Source: Candidatus Kaiserbacteria bacterium
GTDB taxonomy: Bacteria > Patescibacteriota > Minisyncoccia > Phycocordibacterales > Phycocordibacteraceae
Direction: 5' to 3'
DNA: 64,000 nt
NCBI GenBank assembly: GCA_016182485.1
Contig: JACPGH010000006.1
Coordinates: forward strand, 26,461 to 90,460
The position numbers were made by a program, and so were the translations under genes. Below the pieces are notes generated by a model, which was not told the origin of the DNA, made no database searches, and saw only the letters and a program-made list of their open reading frames with translations. The first letter of the stretch is position 1, and every line of letters begins with the position of its first letter. Below, piece by piece: positions 37,002 to 45,381 of the stretch.

Positions 37002-38226
37002 GAGGGTACCTTACACCATCACGCTTCACTTGCGAATGTGTCGCGCTCTTCCAGGATTGCCATACGTCGAGGAGAACAAACCCGATTGGAATGAGGAGTA
37101 TGGCGGCCGGGATGCGGAGGTCTACCTGCGCCCACGAGAGGAAGTCTACTTGTTGGGAGAGGAATGGCATGTATGACGCTAGAGATGTGCCCACAACGAG
37201 CACAGGAATGAACCACCGGTTAGGGCGAAAAAACGCATAGAGAACCGATAGGATGTCGGCGAGATAAAAGTACCGTTCATGCATTCGCGGTAAGAGATAT
37301 GGGATTAGGAGCGTGGAGGCAAGGCTTATGAGCACGACAAATTGCGCGGAAAGCTTGCCCTGCCATTTCATTATATAAATGATTGCCGCCGCCGCTCCCG
37401 CGGCGGCGAGAAGGCCGAGCCAGAAAAAAATATTCGTTGCCGTTTCCGAGAGCGCAAGCGGCTGGAGAAACGCGAAAAGACTCTGCGCAGATACGGAGAG
37501 ATACGGGTACTTCTCGGCCTGCACCAGATAAATGAAGAGCCAGTACCCGAGAGAGCCCCCAGCTATCCAGGCCGGTATGACGGAAAGGACGAATAGAAGC
37601 GGCGGAATCAGCAGAAATTTCCAATTCGCCCGTTCGCGCAAGAAATAGCCGATGAATACGGGAGCGAAGAACAGCGCCTGTGCCTTGAAACTTATTGCAG
37701 CGCCATACGCAATGGCGGCGGCAAGCGGAGACGCTGCGAGCATGAAATAAAGCGTCGCCATGACCCCGGCGCTGTACAAAGAGTCTGACTGTCCCCAAAG
37801 AGAACTGTTCATCATGACCGTGGGGAGAGAGAGCAGGACCAGTGCCGCCAGCACGAGGATATCCTTGCGCGCCGCCCGCCGCGAGGTCCGCGCCAGAATG
37901 AGATATCCAAAATACGCGATCAGGAGATCGAATGCGAACGAGAGCGTCTTCGCGCTTATAAGGCTCGATACCGGAATAACCGTCAAGAATTTGAGGAGAT
38001 ACAAGTATCCCGGCGCGTAATCCGCGAACGGAGACCCGAAAGCGGTCAAGCCAGGGTGCGTTCGTAATTCTTCGAACCATGGTTTGACGAAATATATGTA
38101 ATCGGACACCACGACCGGGTACCAAGAGATACGCGCAATAATATTCAGCGCCGCAAGTCCGAGCGCTACCAGCGACCATCCTCCCAACCGCGGCCACGTC
38201 CACCGATTCTCTACCTCCGCCGCCAT
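36946..38226 (-). CDS. GT-C fold membrane glycosyltransferase (DUF2029/GT87-like)
   Basis: 426 aa polytopic protein with YPVVVSDYIYF...DYAPGYLYLL loop motifs. Its 3' end overlaps the ychF start by 56 nt, so the C-terminus is uncertain. Confidence 0.5.
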   Translation of the reverse strand: MAAEVENRWTWPRLGGWSLVALGLAALNIIARISWYPVVVSDYIYFVKPWFEELRTHPGLTAFGSPFADYAPGYLYLLKFLTVIPVSSLISAKTLSFAFDLLIAYFGYLILARTSRRAARKDILVLAALVLLSLPTVMMNSSLWGQSDSLYSAGVMATLYFMLAASPLAAAIAYGAAISFKAQALFFAPVFIGYFLRERANWKFLLIPPLLFVLSVIPAWIAGGSLGYWLFIYLVQAEKYPYLSVSAQSLFAFLQPLALSETATNIFFWLGLLAAAGAAAAIIYIMKWQGKLSAQFVVLISLASTLLIPYLLPRMHERYFYLADILSVLYAFFRPNRWFIPVLVVGTSLASYMPFLSQQVDFLSWAQVDLRIPAAILLIPIGFVLLDVWQSWKSATHSQVKRDGVRYPHAKDRNRRIAECGEVHAF

Positions 38227-38319
38227 ACAAATTTCTCAGTATGGTATTCGCCTCATGAAAGAGGCGTGAACGACCGCGCTTCACGCATATTTAAGCGCTC
38301 CGCGGGTAGCTTGAGGATT

Positions 38320-39456
38320 ATGGCGACGAAGTCCATTTCCATCTCGGTCTTTTTTCCGATTTACAACGAGAAAGAGAACCTGCCTAGCACCGTTGCCATT
38401 GCCTCGAATATCCTCTCGGAATCGCCATTCGTCAGGGATTTTGAGATCATTTTGATCGATGACGGCAGCTCCGACGGGTCCGCAGAACTGGCTGATATCC
38501 TTTCTAAGGCATACAAGGGCGTCCGCGTGGTGCGGCACCGGCAGAATCTCGGATATGGGGCCGCGCTCAAGACGGGCATTTCCGCGGCGCGAATGGAATA
38601 CGTATTTTTTACTGACGCGGACTTGCAGTTCGATATCGTCGAGCTCAACGGGCTTTTGGCACATGCAAGCCAGTATCCCGTAGTTATCGGGTATCGCGCT
38701 CCGAGGCGCGACCCATTCATACGGCTCGTCAATGCTTGGGGTTGGAAGACGCTCAATCGACTGCTCTTCGGCCTCGGAGTTCGCGACATAGACTGCGCCT
38801 TCAAGCTGTTCGAACGGCCGCTCATACAGAACCTGCAGTTGCATTCGAAAGGAGCGATGATAAGCGCCGAAGCGCTTATCCGCCTGGAGCGCCTCCACGT
38901 CCCGATAAAAGAGGTGCCCGTTTCGCATCTGCCGCGCCGCCTCGGCTCTCCCACGGGAGCGAAGCCAAAGGTGATCCTGCGCGCGTTCAAAGAGATGATC
39001 GAACTGTATCGCGGCGAACTGGGACTAAAGACGCATAAGGAAGCTCTCCGGTTTATGGCGGTGGGCGTGATCAATACTATTCTCGACCTGGCAGTATATG
39101 TCGTATTGACGCGCTTCACCCCATTCTTTGCCACCCGTCTCGTATCCGCTAAATTTTTCTCGTTCCTCGCCGGCACCATATCGAGCCTGCTCCTGAACCG
39201 TTCTTGGACTTTCGGAGTTTCCGGCAGACTTTCAGTTTGGGAAGTCCTGCGATTCTATTCGACCGTATCTCTGTCTATCGCCGTAAACGTGCTTCTCATG
39301 AACGTTCTCGTCGGCGCGGGTCTCTACGACCTAGCGGCGCTCGTCATCACGACCGTTGTCACGTTCATTGCGAACTTCACGCTTTCCAAATTTTGGGTAT
39401 TCAAAAACCGGCCCCCCGCGCCAAGTTATCCTCGCTCGTATGCCGCCCTTGACTGA
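38320..39456 (+). CDS. Family-2 glycosyltransferase (DPM1-like) fused to C-terminal GtrA-like membrane domain
   Basis: The ATG at 38320 is chosen as the start; the track ORF begins at a GTG at 38266. ISVFFPIYNE, ILIDDGSSDGS and FTDADL are GT2 DxD signatures. The C-terminal four TM helices are GtrA-like. Confidence 0.65.
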   Translation: MATKSISISVFFPIYNEKENLPSTVAIASNILSESPFVRDFEIILIDDGSSDGSAELADILSKAYKGVRVVRHRQNLGYGAALKTGISAARMEYVFFTDADLQFDIVELNGLLAHASQYPVVIGYRAPRRDPFIRLVNAWGWKTLNRLLFGLGVRDIDCAFKLFERPLIQNLQLHSKGAMISAEALIRLERLHVPIKEVPVSHLPRRLGSPTGAKPKVILRAFKEMIELYRGELGLKTHKEALRFMAVGVINTILDLAVYVVLTRFTPFFATRLVSAKFFSFLAGTISSLLLNRSWTFGVSGRLSVWEVLRFYSTVSLSIAVNVLLMNVLVGAGLYDLAALVITTVVTFIANFTLSKFWVFKNRPPAPSYPRSYAALD

Positions 39457-40660
39457 TCGCGCCAAGTTCGAGCGCCGCTTAGCTGCAATACTGCTCGGCA
39501 TACTGGCGGTACTCGCCGGAATCGGCTTTTTGCTCTATTCGGATCCGTCCCCGCAATCGAATCCGCTCGTGTTTTCCCCAGTTCAGGTGCTCGCCTCCTC
39601 CTGGTATAGATACAAGGACGCATATATAGACTCCACATATCGGACGATAGACTGGCAGCGAGATGGAGTGACAACCTCCGAGGGACAAAGCTACACAATG
39701 CTGCGCTCCGTGTGGCAGGCAGACAGAGAGACGTTCGACGGTACCTGGCAGTGGACGCAAACGAATCTCCAGCACTCCTCGGACCATCTGTTTTCCTGGA
39801 TATGGGGAGAACGCCCTGACGGCACGTTCGGCGTGCTTGCCGAACAAAGCGGGGAGAATTCCGCGAGCGACGCGGATACTGACATCGCGCTGGCTCTCAT
39901 TCTCGCGTACGCCCGCTGGCAGGACCCCGCCTACCTCACGGAGGCCCGCTTGGTCATAAATGATATCTGGGAGCGCGAGGTGGTACTCGTGAATGGTAAG
40001 CCTTATCTGGCTGCCAACGATGTCGAGAAAGATTCCGGCAGCCAGCAAATAGTGATCAATCCATCGTATTTCAATCCCGCGGCGTACCATCTTTTCGCGA
40101 TCGTCGATACGAGTCATCCCTGGGAAATGCTGCGCAAGCAGTCGTATGCCGTACTTTCGGAAAGTTTCGCCGGGTCTGCGCTGCCTCCGAACTGGATCTC
40201 CGTAGATCGAACGACGGGAGCCACTTCCGCCGCAGCCAGCCATGACTCGAATTTTGGTTTCGACGCGCTACGCATTCCATTCCGCATCGCGCTCGACGCG
40301 CAATGGTTCAACAATCCGGATGCCATCCGCGCCGTTCGCCACCTGTCCTTCCTCTCGAACGCCTGGCGCGAGCGCGGCGCGATCGCCTCGACATACGCCC
40401 AGGACGGCGCGGTCCTCGCCTCGGAAGAATCTCCCGCGATGTACGGCGGAGTAATGGGCTATTTTCTCTTAGCGGATCCCGAGGCCGCCGTAGCGCTCTA
40501 TCGGGAAAAATTGCTCTCTCTCTATAACTCGAACACCGGCACCTGGTACACGCCGCTACCGTATTACGCGGACAACTGGGCTTGGTTCGGCATCGCTCTC
40601 TACAACCGATTATTGCCGAATCTGGCCGCTAACCTTCCGGCGACCGCCTTCAGCGAATAA
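39440..40660 (+). CDS. Glycoside hydrolase family 8 (BcsZ-like endoglucanase), secreted
   Basis: Start MPPLTDR (ATG at 39440) with a signal-anchor. DGVTTSEGQSYTML is the GH8 catalytic signature. Confidence 0.65.
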   Translation: MPPLTDRAKFERRLAAILLGILAVLAGIGFLLYSDPSPQSNPLVFSPVQVLASSWYRYKDAYIDSTYRTIDWQRDGVTTSEGQSYTMLRSVWQADRETFDGTWQWTQTNLQHSSDHLFSWIWGERPDGTFGVLAEQSGENSASDADTDIALALILAYARWQDPAYLTEARLVINDIWEREVVLVNGKPYLAANDVEKDSGSQQIVINPSYFNPAAYHLFAIVDTSHPWEMLRKQSYAVLSESFAGSALPPNWISVDRTTGATSAAASHDSNFGFDALRIPFRIALDAQWFNNPDAIRAVRHLSFLSNAWRERGAIASTYAQDGAVLASEESPAMYGGVMGYFLLADPEAAVALYREKLLSLYNSNTGTWYTPLPYYADNWAWFGIALYNRLLPNLAANLPATAFSE

Positions 40661-40701
40661 TCATGCTCGTGATGATTTACTGAAACGTACGGAACATAGC
40701 C

Positions 40702-42261
40702 ATGAATCCGTATTACGATGAAGCGATAGGAGATGCTCGAAAGGATTTTCTTCGGACTGATTCCCCGAAGACTCTTTTTATCGGAAACGGGATATTGGCT
40801 GCAGTGTATTTTCTCGTGTTAGCTTTCGTATTCCCTGTGGGAAATCCCGTGCTTTTCTTTTTGCTCGTGGTCGGAGAGATATTCCATATGTGGCAGGTAT
40901 TCACCTTTCTCTACACGGTTTGGGACACCGGATACCAGTCGCCGGCTTATAGAGGCTATGCGCCGGAAGTGGATGTTTTCATTACCATCGCGGGAGAACC
41001 GGTGGAGCTAGTGCGCAAAACCGTCGCAGCCGCTCGGGTTATGCGCTATCCGAATTTCACCGTGCACATTCTCAATGACGGCTTCGTCGCTGGAAAGGAG
41101 AACTGGCGAGAAGTCGAGGCGCTGGCGAAACAGCTCGGGGTAAATTGCATTACCCGCACCGTCGCGGGAGGCGCTAAAGCGGGAAATATCAACAATGCGC
41201 TCCGCTTCTCTAAGAGTCCTTTAATCGCGTGCTTCGATGCCGATCATGTGCCCCACTCGGATTTTTTGCTTAAAACTGTTCCGTATTTCGGCGACCCGAA
41301 GATGGGATTCGTACAGACGCCCCAATTCTATAAAAATCTCGGCGAGAATTACTTGACCCGCAGCTCGTGGGAACAGCAGGAACTTTTTTTCGGTCCGATC
41401 TGCAAGGGAAAGAACCGCCTGAATGCCGTTACCATGTGCGGAACCAATATGGTAATCCGCCGCTCGGCGCTCGAAGAAGTGGGCGGCATGTGTACGGAGT
41501 CTATCGCCGAAGATTTCATAACCGGTCTCCTGATGCACGGGCGGGGCTATCGCTCCGAGTACGTGCCCGAAGTCTTAGCCGAAGGGCTTGCGACCGAAGA
41601 TATGCTTTCATATTCAAAACAGCAGTTCCGCTGGGCGCGCGGCGCGCTTGACGTCATCTTCCGATGGAACCCGTTGTTCATGAGCGGGCTTACTACCGCC
41701 CAAAAGATTCAGTACCTCTCCTCCGCAAGCTTCTACCTGTCCGGCGCCATCGTTCTCCTCGACGCGCTTCTGCCGGTCACCTTCTTTTACACGGGGCTCG
41801 TGCCTGTCCATATATCAGGCATGCTCCTCGCCGCCGTCTTCCTTCCCTACTTATTCTGGACGCTGTACGTTATCCAGCGCTCGTCCAACTTCACCTTCAC
41901 TTTTTCCTCGCTCGGTTTTTCCATGGGCTCCTTCAATATCCATCTGCGCGCGCTCGCTTCCGCCGCCACGTTCCGCAAATCGGCGTTCGGCATCACGGCT
42001 AAGCGCCGGGTCGACGGAAATTTCTTGCCGCTCGTCAGCTGGCACATCGCGTATATCGCGCTCGTCGTCGTCGGAATCCCGGTCGCTATCGTACGCGAAG
42101 GCATATCGGCTTCGCTCCTTAATAACGGCGCCTGGGCGGTGATGAATTCCGCGGTTTTCATACCCATTATCCGCGCCGCCTGGCCGACAAGGATTGCGGG
42201 AACCGAATCGGAGCAGGTTCCGGCTAAGCAAAAGAGTCATGAAATCGTCGATCGCGATTAA
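40702..42261 (+). CDS. Processive family-2 glycosyltransferase, cellulose-synthase-like (BcsA/CesA core), no PilZ domain
   Basis: D, DxD (CFDADH), TED (TESIAEDF) and QxxRW (QQFRWARG) are present, with TM helices at the N- and C-termini. No c-di-GMP-binding PilZ motif is visible. Confidence 0.75.
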   Translation: MNPYYDEAIGDARKDFLRTDSPKTLFIGNGILAAVYFLVLAFVFPVGNPVLFFLLVVGEIFHMWQVFTFLYTVWDTGYQSPAYRGYAPEVDVFITIAGEPVELVRKTVAAARVMRYPNFTVHILNDGFVAGKENWREVEALAKQLGVNCITRTVAGGAKAGNINNALRFSKSPLIACFDADHVPHSDFLLKTVPYFGDPKMGFVQTPQFYKNLGENYLTRSSWEQQELFFGPICKGKNRLNAVTMCGTNMVIRRSALEEVGGMCTESIAEDFITGLLMHGRGYRSEYVPEVLAEGLATEDMLSYSKQQFRWARGALDVIFRWNPLFMSGLTTAQKIQYLSSASFYLSGAIVLLDALLPVTFFYTGLVPVHISGMLLAAVFLPYLFWTLYVIQRSSNFTFTFSSLGFSMGSFNIHLRALASAATFRKSAFGITAKRRVDGNFLPLVSWHIAYIALVVVGIPVAIVREGISASLLNNGAWAVMNSAVFIPIIRAAWPTRIAGTESEQVPAKQKSHEIVDRD

Positions 42262-43780
42262 GACAAACGCGCAGGCCGCGCCGTGGCGAGTCGCGTTCGA
42301 GCGCTCCCCGGGATTGGTGCTTGCTGTCATCGCCATTGTACCGATACTGGCGGCGCGCTATTTCATCGGTGAGAGCCTTCGCCTTGATGAGGCGCAGAGC
42401 CTGTGGCAAGTGAGCCGGGATATCCGGGGAGTACTCGTTATCGTCGCCGGCGACGTGCACGTGCCGCTCTACCATCTCTTGCTGCACGGTTGGCTCTCTC
42501 TTTTCGGCAACTCTCTCACAGCCGCGCGTATTTTGTCGCTCCTTTTTTTCCTCCTCTCCATTCCTTTCGTGTATCTGCTCGGCAAGCGGGCATACTCAAG
42601 TACGACCGGATTACTGGCGGCGGCCTTCTTCGCATTCTCGCCGTTCATGAACTGGTACGCCAGCGAAGTCCGCATGTACACGCTTTTTGCATTCCTCACG
42701 ATCGTTAACCAGTACTTCTTCCTGCGCATCCTCGAGGAAGCGCGACCCCGCCTCGGGACATGGGCGGGATACGCGCTCTCGGCCGTCCTCGGCGTCTTCT
42801 CTCATTATTTCTTCTTTCTCAACTTGCTTGCCCAGGGAGCTTTCTTTTTGCTGCGCCGGAAGGCGTTCCCCCCGCGCACTGCGCTACGCTTCTCTTTGGT
42901 GGCCAGTTTTATTGCGATAGCCTTCGCCCCCTGGGCGTGGTACGTGCGGCTGCGCGGGGTGGCGGGTTTCCAAGAACCCATTCTCCTGCCTCCGAGCACC
43001 GTGGATCTCTTCAACGCTTTTTCCCAATTCCTCTTCGGCTTCCAGACCGACGTCATAAATACTGTTTTCCTTTCATTGTGGCCGCTCGCCGTGGTGCTCG
43101 GGATCGTCGCGCTTCGCCACTACCGGCGTTTCCTCCCTCAGACTGAGTTTCTTATAGCCGCCGTGCTTATTCCTTTTGGCGTCGCATTTATCGGCAGTCG
43201 TTTCATCACCCCTATTTTCGTGAGCCGCTATCTCGTGTTCACTCTGCCGGCGTTCTACCTCCTTCTGCTGCGGTTACTGTCTCTGTATCCGCGCCGATTC
43301 CAAATATTCGCGCAAGTTTCGCTCGCGGCGCTCATGCTGCTCGCTATAGGAATACAAGTGACGAACGCTCGGATCCCTGTCAAAGAGCAATATGCAAGCG
43401 CCGTGAGTTACGTCACGGCGCATGCTACGGCCCAGGATATCGTTCTCGTCTCTGCTCCGTTCACCATATATCCTGTCCAGTATTACTATCGCGGACCTGC
43501 GCCCGTACGCACGCTTCCAGCCTGGAATCAATATGAGTTCGGTCCCATCCCGGCGTTCTCGCCCGACGCCTTATCCGCAGAGGTAACCGGATTGACGCAG
43601 GATTATCAGAACGTGTACCTGCTCCTTTCGTATGATCAGGGGTACGAAGAAGTTATCAAACGGTACTTCGACTCGAATTATGAGCGGCTGTCCGCTCAAA
43701 ATTTTTCCGGTAGCCTGAATTTGTACGTATACCGGCTGAGATACAACACCAACGCCTCGGTGATCTCGACGCCTCTATAG
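42239..43780 (+). CDS. GT-C membrane glycosyltransferase, PMT/ArnT-like (GT39/GT83)
   Basis: The LRLDEAQSLW DE motif is in the first extracytoplasmic loop of a polytopic protein. The ATG at 42239 overlaps the preceding stop. Confidence 0.55.
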   Translation: MKSSIAIKTNAQAAPWRVAFERSPGLVLAVIAIVPILAARYFIGESLRLDEAQSLWQVSRDIRGVLVIVAGDVHVPLYHLLLHGWLSLFGNSLTAARILSLLFFLLSIPFVYLLGKRAYSSTTGLLAAAFFAFSPFMNWYASEVRMYTLFAFLTIVNQYFFLRILEEARPRLGTWAGYALSAVLGVFSHYFFFLNLLAQGAFFLLRRKAFPPRTALRFSLVASFIAIAFAPWAWYVRLRGVAGFQEPILLPPSTVDLFNAFSQFLFGFQTDVINTVFLSLWPLAVVLGIVALRHYRRFLPQTEFLIAAVLIPFGVAFIGSRFITPIFVSRYLVFTLPAFYLLLLRLLSLYPRRFQIFAQVSLAALMLLAIGIQVTNARIPVKEQYASAVSYVTAHATAQDIVLVSAPFTIYPVQYYYRGPAPVRTLPAWNQYEFGPIPAFSPDALSAEVTGLTQDYQNVYLLLSYDQGYEEVIKRYFDSNYERLSAQNFSGSLNLYVYRLRYNTNASVISTPL

Positions 43781-45247
43781 TCCTGCGATTCCCGCGTTTT
43801 GCATGAGGCCGACGGCGTAGCTCGGCCACCAAGTCCCGGCGGAAGGGCCGCCGTTACAGGTCCCGTCCGATTCGCCCGGCACTTTAAGCCATAGGAAGGC
43901 GTCTACGCGCGCTCTGCCGGTATTCGTCGTCGGCCGATTCCCCACCGCGCGTCCCGCAGGATTACACCATTCCCCGTTACTGCCGTTGCCGTTCCTCGCG
44001 GTATCGATGACGAAATGCTTGCCGCCTGTTTTATCGCTTACCGCCGTGCCGTAGGCGATCTCATCGTCCGTACGTACGAAGTTAGAGACGTTTAAAGCGA
44101 AGCCGTCGGCTGCCGCGATTCCCGCGCGCGATAGACGATTAGCCATTGTTCCCGCGTCTATCCAGAGCGAGTGTCCGGCGTCGATATAGACTTTCGTACC
44201 CGAGTTTTTCTTCAGTACTGATACGGCATCAGAAAGGAGTGCCAAGCGCGCAGCTTGGTCATTCGAAGACAAGCATGTGATCTGCGCGAGCGAATCCGGC
44301 TCAAGAATTACGACTGCGCTGCCGTGCCCGATGCCGGCCGCGACCTCGCCGATCCACTGCTTATACGCGGACGGATTATTGGTACCGCCTGAAGAATATC
44401 CGCCACAGTCTCGCTGAGGGATGGCGTATGCTATGAAGGTCGGCACACTGCCGGCCGCTTGCGCCTTCTCGACGAGCGCGCGCACATCCTCTCCGACATT
44501 CGCGTTCCATTCGCCGAGCCACATCGCGGTCGGTTGCGCGGCAAGATACCGCATTTGGCTCGCTCCGGCCGGATTAGAGTACTGCCACTCGCGCGCCTGC
44601 CGCGCTGCTGCAGAGTCCGGATTGACATAGAATCTCGAGCCGGCGAGTGGATTCATGGATGTTACCGTAGACGACTGAGACGCAAGAGTCAGTGAAGAGA
44701 ATTCCACCGGCGCGGAAGCGAGCATTACAGGCTGCGATACCGGCGTTACCGGCGCAGTCTGAATTGTCGTAGGAGATATATTCGCGGACGGTGTGAAATC
44801 AGTAGCACGCTGGCTCGCGACCTGCGTACTCGGCGTCGGCGAACCGTTATCAGCGTAGATGGTTACGCGATACTGCGCGATGATAATGCCGTTCTTGCGC
44901 GCGATGAAGTTCACGACATAGGGGCCTTCGCCGCGCCAATTCCAGCCTCCGACATGTACCGAAGTTTCTTTATGCGGATAGTCTTTGTAATTGGAATCCA
45001 TCCAATTCCACTGGCCGCCGTCCACCTGCCAGAACATCTCGTATTGCGAGACATCGAGGCCGGGAACGAGCGCCTTAAAAGGCTGGGTCCCTGAAATACG
45101 GGCGCCTTGGGTAGGCCACCAGGTATTGATAACTTCAGCAGCATGCGCAGGAGCCGGGGTTATGAACGGCGCGCCTGTGAGAAGGATCAGCGCGGCGAGC
45201 AGTGCGATCGGGCCGCGCTTAGCGAGCACAATTAACGTATTCTTCAT
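43775..45247 (-). CDS. Secreted glycoside hydrolase family 6 (cellulase) with N-terminal ~95-aa CBM-like domain
   Basis: Signal peptide. VILEPDSLAQ and WLKVPGESDG are GH6 signatures. The N-terminal domain WWPTQGARISG...FWQVDGG...DYPHKE is repeated in ORF 50543..52693. Confidence 0.7.
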   Translation of the reverse strand: MKNTLIVLAKRGPIALLAALILLTGAPFITPAPAHAAEVINTWWPTQGARISGTQPFKALVPGLDVSQYEMFWQVDGGQWNWMDSNYKDYPHKETSVHVGGWNWRGEGPYVVNFIARKNGIIIAQYRVTIYADNGSPTPSTQVASQRATDFTPSANISPTTIQTAPVTPVSQPVMLASAPVEFSSLTLASQSSTVTSMNPLAGSRFYVNPDSAAARQAREWQYSNPAGASQMRYLAAQPTAMWLGEWNANVGEDVRALVEKAQAAGSVPTFIAYAIPQRDCGGYSSGGTNNPSAYKQWIGEVAAGIGHGSAVVILEPDSLAQITCLSSNDQAARLALLSDAVSVLKKNSGTKVYIDAGHSLWIDAGTMANRLSRAGIAAADGFALNVSNFVRTDDEIAYGTAVSDKTGGKHFVIDTARNGNGSNGEWCNPAGRAVGNRPTTNTGRARVDAFLWLKVPGESDGTCNGGPSAGTWWPSYAVGLMQNAGIAGL

Positions 45248-45340
45248 AGAACGGCGCCATCGTAAGCGCGTTCATTTTTCCCGTCAAGTGAATTAATCCC
45301 ACCTTAATTTGCTTGATTAAGAATATGTGAGGCCAATACC

Positions 45341-45367
45341 AAAAAGCCCACAAGCAGTGGGCTTTTT
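45341..45367. terminator. Rho-independent terminator AAAAAGCCCACaagcaGTGGGCTTTTT (bidirectional shape)
   Basis: A perfect stem flanked by an A-run and a T-run, located after the stop of the minus-strand repeat-protein gene. Confidence 0.7.
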
Positions 45368-45381
45368 AGTTCCTTTTGTTG

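Noticed and set aside
37277-38284. 335-aa Arg/Gly-rich ORF on the minus strand overlapping the GT-C glycosyltransferase gene in another frame
   Set aside because: Low-complexity, high-GC shadow ORF. The co-located frame (36946..38226) encodes a coherent polytopic membrane protein.
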